Shown: positions 36,818 to 48,813, numbered from the whole stretch's first letter. The stretch is 62,556 nucleotides of DNA, filler included, from Globobulimina sp. (GCA_003354225.1; 41 parts of 41 records of this genome joined end to end with filler, not necessarily neighbours in it); one strand, 5' to 3'. Notes: generated from the letters alone by a model not told the origin. Program-made: numbers and translations.

Positions 36818-37224
36818 TTCAAGTTTATTTGTCTGTGTTGCTTATAACAGTTTTAATCAGTTTAATTGTGTTGGTGTCTGGAATGCTGTTGTCGTTTATA
36901 CAAATTACGATATTTATTAATAATTCTTCAGATTTATTTTTGATGGGTATTATTGCAATGTATGTGTTGTTCTATGCAGCACAAACAACGCAAAGATTTG
37001 CTAATATCAATAAAGAATTAACAAAATATTATCACCAAAATATAGCGTTTACAAATTGGAACACCCAAAACATAATAATGTTTCTTATGTATACATCGAA
37101 AGAAAGAAATGGATTTAGTCTGTTTGGTGTACTCCTTGATTATGGCACAGTGATGAGGTTTTGCATAATTCTTGCTTCCAGTTTCCTGTCTACTTTTGGA
37201 AAGAAATTTTATGGCACCTCATAG
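36818..37224 (+). CDS. 7TM ion channel / gustatory-receptor-like (DUF3537-like) C-terminal exon
   Basis: TM helices then FLMYTSKERNGFSLFGVLLDYGTVMRFCIILASSFL; acceptor AACAG ending at 36817. Confidence 0.55.
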
Positions 37225-37300
37225 TTGAAAGTTACAGATAACACTGTGAAATATTGCGACATTGAGTGAATGTCCGATCATCAAAAACAATCGAAATAAT

Positions 37301-37897
37301 TTATATTGTAGCAGTTTGAGTCAAACCAGCACATTTTTCTTCTAAAAATGCTTCAAATTTATCATAATCGTTTACCGACAATGATAATGTTTTATATTCA
37401 TATAAACACTTTTTCGTTCGTTCCTTATATTCAATAATAAATCGAGGCTGATTACAGTTCCATCCATTTGTGATAGACATAAGCCTCAAATACCCACAAC
37501 ACGACTTATAACAGCCCGCGAACCCTACACCGACACCGCAGCACATCTCGCAACAACCCTCAGGTCTACGATAACTTGAAATGTTTGAATATGGGATATC
37601 TTCAGTTTGCATATCACAACGACATCGATTCAAATCCCATGGACCGCTTTGAATATGTAAAGTGTCGCCCTTATCCTCGATTGATATTGTCCTCATTGTG
37701 CCCCATCCGATGAGACACATATAAATACCGCCACATACAAATGCAATCATGTATGTCGCACCACCGATTATCACACCGGTCACAGACGTGGCCATATTAT
37801 CAATGCCCTGGTAAATTCCCATAATAACCCATACCATTCCAATGCACGTAAATATCGTTGCTACATAATATCCTCTGAGTTGCTCTTTGTAGGCCAT
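37301..37897 (-). CDS. Two-TM, Cys-rich membrane protein
   Basis: Complete 198-aa ORF. Confidence 0.7.
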   Translation of the reverse strand: MAYKEQLRGYYVATIFTCIGMVWVIMGIYQGIDNMATSVTGVIIGGATYMIAFVCGGIYMCLIGWGTMRTISIEDKGDTLHIQSGPWDLNRCRCDMQTEDIPYSNISSYRRPEGCCEMCCGVGVGFAGCYKSCCGYLRLMSITNGWNCNQPRFIIEYKERTKKCLYEYKTLSLSVNDYDKFEAFLEEKCAGLTQTATI

Positions 37898-38120
37898 GCT
37901 TGCTACAATTTTTGGCTATTTGCTCGAGACTTTGCAAGTAACGTGATTTATTTCCAACTAACGTGATGACAACTAACGTGATGACAACTAACGTGATGAC
38001 TTCTCAGATTTTCGTCCGAACTGTATCAGGAAAAACAATTGTATTGGATATTGAAAGAAATGATACCTTGCAGTCTATTAAAATGAAGATTCAGGATAGG
38101 GAAGGAATACCAGCTGCATT
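37896..38120 (+). CDS. Divergent ubiquitin-like protein, spliced, partial
   Basis: [33 protein letters not shown]; probable intron 37938..38007. Confidence 0.75.
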
Positions 38121-38220
38121 NNNNNNNNNNNNNNNNNNNNNNNNNNNNNNNNNNNNNNNNNNNNTTAATTAATTAANNNNNNNNNNNNNNNNNNNNNNNN
38201 NNNNNNNNNNNNNNNNNNNN

Positions 38221-38484
38221 TTTTGAGAATGTTCCAAGGATGGGAACATTCGGCAGGATGGTTTTAATAATGTTTGAAAAACTCATTCTCTGTTTTTGAG
38301 AATGGTCCACAGAGTGGAACATTCGGCAGGATGGTTTTTAATTTTGTGAATAACTCATTCTCTGTTTTTGAGAATGTTCCAAGGATGGGAACATTCGGCA
38401 GGATGGTTTTAATAATGTTTGAAAAACTCATTCTCTGTTTTTGAGAATGGTCCATAGAGTGGAACATTCGGCAGGATGGTTTTT
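38221..38484. repeat. 72/73-bp tandem repeat with alternating A/B variants (145-bp higher-order unit), running off the contig end
   Basis: Units start at 38221, 38294, 38366 and 38439. Confidence 0.95.
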
Positions 38485-39061
38485 ATTGTATCCGATATTA
38501 GTGGACACTTGTTAGTGTGGTTTTTAGTGATAACTCACACTGTCGGAAGATATTCGATGTTACTGAATATTTGAAAGTATAGTTAATAATGATAACTAAT
38601 ACTTTTATTAAAGAAAGTGGAATAATAGATAAAGGGTTTTTTGAGTAGGGTGGTGGCACGGCTCACTACGCGCGAGACGTTGAGTCGTGCACCCGTAGGA
38701 GACAAAGCAAAATATACAGACATATCGGTTAGTAGAACATATCAGAACACATAATTATATAAGGTAACGCATATTAAGGTGGTTAGGAAAATTATCGTTT
38801 GAGTATACTCGGAGGTTTTTATTATAACTCTCCGGTCTTATTTTACATAATTTTTAAGTATATGGTACACTCACAAAATATATCAAAACAGGTATATACA
38901 ATACTCGCGAAAAAGATCATAAAAACGCGGACCTTACTATACATAATTTTAACAAAGCCACTTTTTGTATTTTTATATTTTTATAATATTTTTGTAGTTT
39001 TTCGTATTTTTCATACACATTTTATAGCATAAGAAATTTATGCACAATTACAATATTATAT

Positions 39062-39648
39062 TTATAAACATTGATTATTGGGAAATAGAGACAAGAGCCT
39101 ACTACACTTGTGGCAATAGGAATTGACACTGGTTTTAGTGGACTTGATGTTAACATCATTTGACAGATCAGAAGTCTGGCAAGGAATACGCTTCGGAGTT
39201 GTAACATTGATCTCTCGAGGCTCGTTGTATTCGGATGGAAAGATTAAGTGTAATCTAGCGTGTGACACTCCTGAAGGACTAATTCCAGGGTGTTTAATTT
39301 CTATTAGTGCATTATTGGGAACAGTAATGGGGTTGTAAGTGGCAATGGTATACCCCATGGGTATAGGTCGGCCTACCTCCATTATGGGTCCCTCAGGTTC
39401 CCATAGCACTCGGAGAACCTGTTTTTCAAGAGATGGTTGTTTTAGGATAAATTTTACTACTCGGGGATTATAATTATTTCCTCCGAGGGAACCTATAACA
39501 ATTTCACTGAGAATTTCTATAACATGTTTCTTAGGTACTGTACTAGCTACTGTAGGGACATTTTTCATTTTCAACATAGTCAATGGGGATTCTGTCGCAC
39601 CTCCTCCGTTGGATGATTGTCCTCTTTCAAGCTCAACATCAGTTGAGC
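39062..39648 (-). CDS. Unknown intronless protein, 5' partial
   Basis: Frame open from contig edge (STDVELERG...) to stop; ends in CHKC. Confidence 0.5.
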
Positions 39649-39748
39649 NNNNNNNNNNNNNNNNNNNNNNNNNNNNNNNNNNNNNNNNNNNNTTAATTAA
39701 TTAANNNNNNNNNNNNNNNNNNNNNNNNNNNNNNNNNNNNNNNNNNNN

Positions 39749-39972
39749 TCTTTATCATAATCCATTATTTTAATCCATTCATTATCATTTACATTGTATT
39801 TATATATTCCATCATCATTGATATTATTAGGTTGATATATTCCATCATCATCATCATCATCATCAGTTAAACAAACCAGCACAAACTCATTTTTGTTGAT
39901 TGTTGATATTGGAGAAAGATACTTACATGTAATTGGAAATGGAAATGGAGAACACTGTAACCAGTTGGACAT
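39749..39972 (-). CDS. Kelch-like beta-propeller protein N-terminus, partial
   Basis: MSNWLQCSPFP...GIYKYNVNDNEWIKI. Confidence 0.55.
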
Positions 39973-40143
39973 GTCGCGGTTAGTTAGAGCTCTAAAATGT
40001 AGGACATTTGTTAAATAAGAAAGCAGTAATTATCTCTTTTTAACTGTGATAACTGATAAAATCATAATAATAATAAGTGATAACACGCTTTGTATGTACG
40101 ATAAGTGCGCTACATTTTAGAATATAAACCAGTCACCAATCTC

Positions 40144-40280
40144 CTGAAATTCCAGCACCTGGATATTCACGAAAAGTACTTTTCGTGCATGATAATTCTA
40201 CTTTTCGTGAAATTTGCATACAACTTGTGACAAATACTTTTCGTGAAATTTTCGTGAATATCCAAGTGCTGGAATTTCAG
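40144..40280. mobile_element. 137-bp MITE with 32-bp TIRs and 8-bp target-site duplication
   Basis: TIRs 40144..40175 and 40249..40280 (1 mismatch); TSD CCAATCTC at 40136..40143 and 40281..40288; internal TACTTTTCGTG repeats. Confidence 0.92.
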
Positions 40281-40321
40281 CCAATCTCACTTATCTCAGA
40301 CCCCTTTATGATTACTGAAAC

Positions 40322-41176
40322 ATGACGGATTCAATACCAGTGGTATCTCAAATAAAATCACTCTTACAATTACTGTTTGGTCAAACATCTCAAGCCTTGG
40401 AAACCCAAATTAATTTCATTGATGCAACACCAATATTATCGCAATTAAAATCTTTATACGAATTATTGATAAATCATTCTCCTATTCAAGCTTTTAAGGT
40501 ATATCTTAAATGCAAATTATATAAACAAAATCTAAATCTAAATCTAGGCCATACAATGAATAGTTTCTGTGTAGATTCTATTAACTAAAATAAGATAAAT
40601 GTCAACACAGAAACAATACAATTTATTGTCTGACATTAATTAAATTGCATTTGATTAAATTTGTATTAATTAAGTCTACAATGTACCCACATTAATTTCT
40701 TTTCATTTTATCTAAGACGCAACGCAATTTTTTAATAATTATGAATGCAACAGTTGAGAACATACCATTAGTGGGACATGTTAAAGGGTTGGGTCATTAT
40801 CTCATTGGTGACACCAAACAGGGACATAAAGCAATGAAACGAGCGTCGAGAACAACTGTTGTTATAATATCCGCATATTTTGCATGCATATGTTTTGTCC
40901 CACCAACAGCAACGTTCTCTGCCACAATCAGCTCCTCCGCCATCGGCTCTATGATTGGTGGACTATCCATCGATACATTAATGACAATGATTGAAAACAT
41001 TATGGATAAAGACGGCTCATTCAATGGACATTATCAATCATTCCATGAGATGGCCGAATCAAAAGATGTAGGGAAAATATTCGATTTTTTAGTGGGACCA
41101 TTGTTGGATGGTTTAGTTGGCGCAGTTGTTGGCTGTAAATTTTATCACTTTCGAAACGCACCAATCCCAGCCCTAC
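40322..41176 (+). CDS. Conserved uncharacterised protein with internal P-VV-SQ-KS repeats, spliced
   Basis: DSIPVVSQIKS, TPILSQLKS, NIPLVGHVKG..HY..GD; intron about 40499..40716. Confidence 0.7.
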
Positions 41177-41784
41177 NNNNNNNNNNNNNNNNNNNNNNNN
41201 NNNNNNNNNNNNNNNNNNNNTTAATTAATTAANNNNNNNNNNNNNNNNNNNNNNNNNNNNNNNNNNNNNNNNNNNNTTCGTGTATTGAGTTTATGGACGT
41301 TGCCAACTGCTGCACTTTTCAAATTTTTTGATAAGAAAAAGGCATCATTTCGAAAACCGTAATGAATTTAAATAATATATTGTTTAAAATAGTGCAAAAA
41401 CCTAAATATCAATTATAAACTGGTCAGTCAATGACAGTCATTCTGAGAAACACGTTCGGAAAAAAGTTATCATCCAAATCTACAACAAACCACCTTCCAT
41501 TAACACTTGTCACTTGCACTTGTTTGCGTATTTATAAATGTATTTACTTGTTGACACTTCTTTGTCGCAGTATATTGTATCCAATTTGCACTCGTATTCA
41601 TTCCTAACAACGACAAACTGCGTTTTGATTGAAACTCATCAATCCATCTCCAATTCGCTAAATCACAGTCACTCCGTAAATATTCAATCGGATTACGATC
41701 ACTGCGTTGCAACAATGCCATGTAATCATCCTAAATACATACAAATTATATACAAAATCGAACAAAAACACAAATATAAAAAAA

Positions 41785-42704
41785 CTAAACTCTCGGCGCA
41801 TTGAAATCTTTTCCAGGCAATAATTTCGTGCCAAATACACCATATTCAGTGGCTATAACCATATAGATTTTATCTGTTTTGTTCACCGTATACAGTCTAT
41901 ATCCAGTGGAAGAAATACGTTTGGATTTGAGCAATAAATTCAATTTATATTTAAAATCGTACTCGGAAATTGATCGCAAATTAATTGTATTCGGATCAGT
42001 ATAATGAATGCCTTTTGCTTCCAAAAAACTCAAATGTTTCATCAAATTGTTGCCATTCATAGTCTTCTTTTGTAATCCACCAATAATAAACAACGTATTT
42101 TGCAATTTAAAACTGTCCGCATACGTATCCAATACGTGTTTAAATGCCGGAAACAAAGTAATGAATTTATTAATACAATGGAGGTTTACATTGCGTAAAT
42201 TATGTGCAATATTTAAATACATTAAATACGGTACGATATTACTATCAATTTCTGTACACCACGCCATATTTATACAGAGCATATTGGTGCCATTCGACGC
42301 CAACGCTTCGCCAATGCCGCAAGTTAACGCATAGCAGCCACTGATGTCCAATTTATTTAACCATTGGCATTTACTCAATAACAGAATCACATATTCATCA
42401 CTTATATGTTCACAGCCATGCAACGACACATTTGTTAGTTGCGTGCAATGAATGGAGATTTTAAGCAACGTATTGTCGGTCACCAGACACGCCATATGCG
42501 ACAAATCTAAATACTTCAAATAATATGAACACCGCATGACCAATTTATTTAAGTTTTTGTCGCCATCACAACAACCATTGATGTTCTTGCATGTAATTGT
42601 CAAATAAGACAATAATTTAAAAGATTCGTTCCAAAAATAACTGCATGTCTTACTCATTTGTAAGATATCGTTGAATGATAAATATTTGTATAAGATTGAT
42701 AATG
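41785..42704 (-). CDS. F-box/LRR (FBXL-like) protein, 5' partial
   Basis: F-box end MSKTCSYF; LxxLDLS.. and LxxLDISGC Cys-containing LRRs. Confidence 0.85.
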
Positions 42705-42804
42705 NNNNNNNNNNNNNNNNNNNNNNNNNNNNNNNNNNNNNNNNNNNNTTAATTAATTAANNNNNNNNNNNNNNNNNNNNNNNNNNNNNNNNNNNNNNNN
42801 NNNN

Positions 42805-44232
42805 TTTTGGTGAAGAATTTAAAAAACAATCAAGTTTTCGACATGTATTGGAACTGAAATGGATGGGCGTCGCTTATTTGATGGTGTCACGTGGTGTTGA
42901 AATCACATTGGCTGTTCAGGATGCATTAGAGACTGAAAATTACCAATTAGCAAAAACATTATTATACAAAACACATCATACCAATTTGCATAATAAAACA
43001 CCGACAAATAAATATAATTTACATCATATTGTTTGCAAATATTGCCCAAATACATTAGTGTCAAGAAAAGCGTTCGAACAACCATGGTCTGTGCGGATTG
43101 TTGAGATTTTAGATGAGAATAAAGTTGAATCAAAAGATGTTTTCGATTCATTTAATATGACTCCGTTACATTATGCTGTGCTAAATCGACATTGTAATTT
43201 AGCACGATATTATATACAAAAAAATAGATTAAATCCAGAACAAATTGATGGCAAAAAATATGAACGACCATTAGTTACTGCATTATATAATAATGATATA
43301 AATATGGTAAAGATGTTAGTACAAGAAATTAATGTCGATATTACCAAAAAAATATCACCTCAAAATGTAAGGAAAGATGGCAATCGTTATCCAATTCAGG
43401 TTTGTGTTACAAATAATAATGATGCGATTTGTAAAATATTATTAGAATCGCATAAATTATCAAAAGCCGATATTTATCATGAATATGAGCCTAAAAATAG
43501 AATGCGAGTATATGGCAATGGCGATAAAACAATATTACACACTGCGATTAGACAAAATAACTATGAATTAAGTAAATCAATACTTGAACAGAACAAAAAG
43601 TTAATAAATGATACATTATTTTATGGCGATTTACAAGGATTTCAAACCTGTTTACATTTAGCCGCAGAACAAAGAAAGAAACGTTTAATTGAATTATTAA
43701 TCCAATTTAAATGTAACATCAACGATGCATTAATATATTGTGATATTCGGCCATTAGATATATCATCAAAACAATCGATGGAAAAAGATATGTATCGATG
43801 GAAAAAAGAATATAAAAAAATACATGAATATAATTGTATTGATCAATGTGCATTGCATATAATGTGCCGAAGATATCAAGATTATGCATTAACAAAATTA
43901 TTAATTGATAATGGTGCAGATGTAAATAAATCATATCGTAAAGACTTACTATTAAAAAGACAAAAGCATAGTGATAAATTGTCTGAATTATTTAAGATAA
44001 ATATTAAAAATGATTTGCCAGATTTATGTTTGTTACATAGTGCGGTTCGTATTAGAAATATTCGCATCGTTGAATTACTTTTACAAAACAATGCTGATCC
44101 AAATATAAAAATGTGTCGAGAAACTGAACACAAATATGGTGAAACTGTCCCATTACATTGTTCAGTTCGAAATAATGATAAGCGAATTGTAGAAAATCTA
44201 TTACAATCAAAGGCAAATCCGAATGAATTATA
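42805..44232 (+). CDS. Ankyrin repeat protein, partial
   Basis: TPLHYAV, TILHTAI, TCLHLAA, LLIDNGADVN, LLQNNADPN. Confidence 0.95.
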
Positions 44233-44380
44233 NNNNNNNNNNNNNNNNNNNNNNNNNNNNNNNNNNNNNNNNNNNNTTAATTAATTAANNNNNNNNNNNN
44301 NNNNNNNNNNNNNNNNNNNNNNNNNNNNNNNNAAAAAATATGTACATTTTATTTGTTTGATTGCTCATAAAATGTATATA

Positions 44381-45100
44381 TTAATTATGATTATGATTTA
44401 TATTAAAATTCCGCGCATTCTCGTCGCGCCTCTGTCGCCGTCCTCTCTCTGGCCGCGCCGCCTGAAATGCCACAAATGAGAATGGTTTGCCGTAACGTCG
44501 CGCATCGGCCTGTGCATGGCTTAATTTGCGTTTTTTATATGGCGGGAGATACTCACTCGATTCGCGGCCGCTCGATTCCTCCCACTCATCCTCCTCAAAC
44601 TCTTCCTCGCTCGATTCCTCGTCAATCGCTTTATGGTCAGATTCTCGTTCAGAGCTATCGTCCGATATTAAATTAACGAATGCGTCATTAAGCGTCCTTT
44701 TGCGGCCGCTCCATGGGGGTTGTGGTCCGGGATAAAATGTAGGCGATGATTGCGGTGATTCAATGGTATTATTTTGCACGGCAGGCGAATCAGATAATAA
44801 TCCGTATTGAAAGTTGTGGAGTGGCACTGGCATAGTCGCTGGCGTTTGGCGCCGAGGCGGCGCGGATGATTCATGAGTCTGGGCAGGTTCCGCCGGTTCC
44901 GGGTCTGCCACAATTATAGTTTGAGCTGGATCTTCTTCGCTGTAAAATGGATCTAACTCGCCGGTGCCGAGGAATTCATCCAATCGGAATGGATAGTCGC
45001 CGCCATCTAATGATTCAGTCATCTCGGGGTCCACAGGCGCAGAAGTCTCTTGATTCATATATTCATGTGGTTGTGGAGTGGCACTGGCAGAGGCAGACAT
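44381..45100 (-). CDS. Low-complexity acidic/Pro-rich protein with NLS-like motif
   Basis: 239-aa ORF; PPYKKRKL. Confidence 0.55.
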   Translation of the reverse strand: MSASASATPQPHEYMNQETSAPVDPEMTESLDGGDYPFRLDEFLGTGELDPFYSEEDPAQTIIVADPEPAEPAQTHESSAPPRRQTPATMPVPLHNFQYGLLSDSPAVQNNTIESPQSSPTFYPGPQPPWSGRKRTLNDAFVNLISDDSSERESDHKAIDEESSEEEFEEDEWEESSGRESSEYLPPYKKRKLSHAQADARRYGKPFSFVAFQAARPERGRRQRRDENARNFNINHNHN

Positions 45101-45223
45101 GTTTGAAAAGATAAAAAGAAAGGATGTTTGAAAAGTTTTTGTGGGTCAGTGAATATTAAGATGTTTGACAATTTCAAGACTCGATCATTGAAAAAGATTA
45201 AATAGATTGTCAATCACACACAT

Positions 45224-45759
45224 TTAAATAGACTTTTTCCTATGAATATTTCCAACATTCAATTTCTTTTTTGTTGATGTTTTGCGTTTTTTACGTGGCC
45301 TCTTAGATGATTCGTTTCCTGATTGAGATGATGTTCTTGTTTTTGTTTTCGTTTTCTTTTTCGTTTTCTTTTTCCCAGAACAAGCAACTTGTTTCTTTTT
45401 CTTTTTATTGTTGTTGCTAACATTGTTGGTAATATTGTTGGTGTCATTGTTGGTATCATTTAAATCCAATTGAATTTTCTCGTTTGATTTTGATTTGTTA
45501 TTTTTTACCATCTCGTTATATAGCTTCACAATTGCAATGTGAGATGGATGTATATATGAATCAGTTGCTGTGATTGCATTCATTGCTTCAATTAATTGTT
45601 GCATTGGTAGTGGGAATTTTTTTAATGTCACTTTGCTTGATGCCTCAATATTTTTCCATGGTATTCTTGCATTCTTTTTTTTTTCCGATCGTTTTCTACA
45701 TTTACTTGGATCAAATCTGTTTGTTTTTGGTGCGCCATGCGTACATATTTGTGCTCTCT
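45224..45759 (-). CDS. Lys-rich protein C-terminus, partial
   Basis: Open frame with basic tail. Confidence 0.45.
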
Positions 45760-46242
45760 NNNNNNNNNNNNNNNNNNNNNNNNNNNNNNNNNNNNNNNNN
45801 NNNTTAATTAATTAANNNNNNNNNNNNNNNNNNNNNNNNNNNNNNNNNNNNNNNNNNNNGATCAATTCTTCAATTGAAAAGGGAGTAATGTGGTAAACTG
45901 ACAACTAAGACTGTTTTCTACTTTAATTTAACATTTACTAGCTAGTCATTGTCCACCTAGACTCCACTGTATACCATACCAACATTGGTAAAATTCTCAA
46001 ATTGATTCAAAGGAAAAGATGTAAATAGCCGTAAAAACACTAAAATAGCATGCCGTAAAAACATTTTTTTGGAGATAGAAAATTAGTCATATTCACCATA
46101 AGATGAATTTTCATATATTTATAGTCAATTTATGCCAATTTTCTCTTTTATTTAAGCTGTTTTTAATTAGTTGAAAAGTATCGTGCAGTATTTTGAAAAT
46201 GATCTGCCATTTGGATTTTGAAATGAAAAATATTAATAGCAT

Positions 46243-47079
46243 TTATTGACAGCAACAACATTCATTTCTGATATGTGCTCGTTGCCGTTTCGGTGTCCAT
46301 GCTCTAAAATTAGGCTGTGGAGGGCACGCATTCTTACATGTTCCATTTCGCATAATTAATCTCCTTTGCTTTTTTTTTTTACTCCGATGCATGGAAGTTG
46401 ATGGTATGGATATATTATTGTCAAACAATAAGACAGAGACAGATGAGTTGATGATATCGCCACTTGGTGAGACTGAGACAGATGAGTCGGTCAAGTTGTG
46501 TGACAAATAATGAATACATTCGGACCTTCTCAACAAACATTGACCTCCTTCACAGGGTCCATACTTTAAAAAGTTAATCATCAACGATTTATTTACCAAT
46601 TCATTGTCCATCATAAAATGCATAAAATACTGCATGTTTTCAAATGAATAATATTCAGATTTCAACGCATTAAACAACATTCTGCATTCACCACCAGTCA
46701 GTAACAGCTGTTCATATTTGATGAATAAATCGAAATATGTTTCATTGCAAATGCCATGTCCTGAATTCGAAAATTCATAATTGAGAATCATACTAATAAC
46801 ATAATTGACAGCAGGAGAAGTAATTAAAATATTTTTACGCAGAAAATCGTCAATGAATTCAGGTTGCACAACATACCATAATCTAAATGGTTCATCCACT
46901 GCCTTTCTAATAACATCCACAAAATACATTGCAAATACTGCGTATCGATTATGTTTATTCTTTGTATTAACGTATGTTGTTTGCGCATATTTGAATAAAA
47001 TCCCCAAAGCCTTTGTTTCTGCTGATTTTTCATATTTGGATCGCGTGTAATATTCACCATCGATATAAATAAGATCCAT
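46243..47079 (-). CDS. Hypothetical protein
   Basis: 278-aa ATG ORF. Confidence 0.6.
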   Translation of the reverse strand: MDLIYIDGEYYTRSKYEKSAETKALGILFKYAQTTYVNTKNKHNRYAVFAMYFVDVIRKAVDEPFRLWYVVQPEFIDDFLRKNILITSPAVNYVISMILNYEFSNSGHGICNETYFDLFIKYEQLLLTGGECRMLFNALKSEYYSFENMQYFMHFMMDNELVNKSLMINFLKYGPCEGGQCLLRRSECIHYLSHNLTDSSVSVSPSGDIINSSVSVLLFDNNISIPSTSMHRSKKKKQRRLIMRNGTCKNACPPQPNFRAWTPKRQRAHIRNECCCCQ

Positions 47080-47386
47080 TTTTCTGTAAAATAAATCAGC
47101 TTAAAGCAAAATCTGACACTGTACATTTAAAATGAGATAGACATGCAAAATTGTAAATTCTCAGCGGTGAGCTCCCAGTGGACAGGGTGAGTTGATATGT
47201 CACTTAGGTTCATATTTGATCCGCCATATGAGTCGGTATTTATTTTACCGATATGTTTATAATGTTCATAAAAGTGATAACGCCAANNNNNNNNNNNNNN
47301 NNNNNNNNNNNNNNNNNNNNNNNNNNNNNNTTAATTAATTAANNNNNNNNNNNNNNNNNNNNNNNNNNNNNNNNNNNNNNNNNNNN

Positions 47387-47762
47387 TATCTTTCATGTCC
47401 ATATTGGCTGCCATGTTCATCATATTATTCATAAATTCGTCGGATAAGATTGGAAACGGCATGGCCGCGCCACCAACGCCACCAACGCCACCACCGCCTC
47501 CTCCTACTACTCCCCCTGAATTACGCCCACCCATATTTTGCATATTTACCATATTGGGCATCATCATATTATTCATGTTGTTCATATTCATGAAACCAGC
47601 CATATTCGGTTGGTGTATAAGTGCATTTTTCGCTTCTTTAAATACTTCTGCCTCCACTGACGGCATTGGATTTGTAGGTATATGTATAGATGATGGGTCT
47701 GCATTTACTTGGAATGCTGGAGGTGGCGGCTCTTCTTCCTGATAATCGTTGTTGTACGCCAT
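47387..47762 (-). CDS. Pro/Met/Asn/Gly-rich protein N-terminus, partial
   Basis: MAYNNDYQEEEPPPP...MNMNNMNNMMM. Confidence 0.55.
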
Positions 47763-48255
47763 GAAAAAACAAGTTTTTATAGCTGCAGTTAACTGTTTTT
47801 CTGATAAGCATGCCCTGCTTTGAAAAATAGAAACAGTCCTTACAGTCGAACGCAACCAAATATTTTCCCAAAAAATGAAGATATTTTCTTGCCAATGACC
47901 AACGAATAAATTATCGTGGCATGTGTTCTGTTGTTGTAATATTTCCATTTGTTTTATGGATGACAATGAGATTAAGTCAAGATGGCACAGCGCAGTTACG
48001 TTCATTTTGGAGTTTATTAAAAATGTTATTTTTATCAAAAAAGTAAAAAGATATTGATTAAAAATAGAAAAATATGTCAATATTATTAGTAAATAAATTG
48101 GTGGAGAAGTTTAATATAAATTATGATTATAAAATAATTGATAATAATAAATCTTCGGCGACTATGTATAATAGGAATGTTTCGTATATTTCATATATGA
48201 TAAAAAGATTATATTATGGGCGAGTTAAAAATGATTGGAATGAAACAATTCGTCT

Positions 48256-48813
48256 CTATGATGTGCCATCTGTCGATGCCATCATCATCGGATAGGCCAA
48301 ATCCAATAACGAAATAAGATCGTAAGCCAACTTCCCAACGATGTGTCTGGTTTGTTGGCTGTCGCCAGGATCCGCCGCACGAATCTTTGCGATCTCTTTC
48401 TTAGTCGCGCGGAGAAGGAGCATCGTCAAAATTTCCGCTGCCACCGGTTCCTGCGCCAACGAGGCGTTTAAAGAACTTAACTCGGCGCCGCGGTAAGTAT
48501 TGCGAATGACGGATTGCCTCAATGCGGCCTGCGACGGCCTGCGGGCCAATAATCCGTCGCTCACCTCATTCATGTGGGCCTCGCTGCCCTTCCCACCATG
48601 AACGCGACTGTACGCCTCGTAAAAGCCGCGCACCATATCCATCCTCTGCGACGTCTCCATCACCGGCCAGAGATTCACATCCAACGTATCCTTAAATGTA
48701 TAAATAGCGTCGGCCAACATCTCCTCCGGGGTAATGGCATTATAGGCGACATTTTGTAGGAATGCCGGCATCTCCGCCATCGCCATGTCGCCGTCATCAT
48801 CATCGCCGAGCTC
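48256..48813 (-). CDS. Unknown protein in a GC-richer segment, 5' partial
   Basis: 176-aa ORF; abrupt composition change near 48257. Confidence 0.55.
   Translation of the reverse strand, partial: ELGDDDDGDMAMAEMPAFLQNVAYNAITPEEMLADAIYTFKDTLDVNLWPVMETSQRMDMVRGFYEAYSRVHGGKGSEAHMNEVSDGLLARRPSQAALRQSVIRNTYRGAELSSLNASLAQEPVAAEILTMLLLRATKKEIAKIRAADPGDSQQTRHIVGKLAYDLISLLDLAYPMMMASTDGTS

Noticed and set aside
38221-38484. Possible CRISPR array (palindromic repeats with about 73-nt period)
   Set aside because: Intervening sequences recur in an A/B pattern rather than being unique spacers; it is a tandem repeat.
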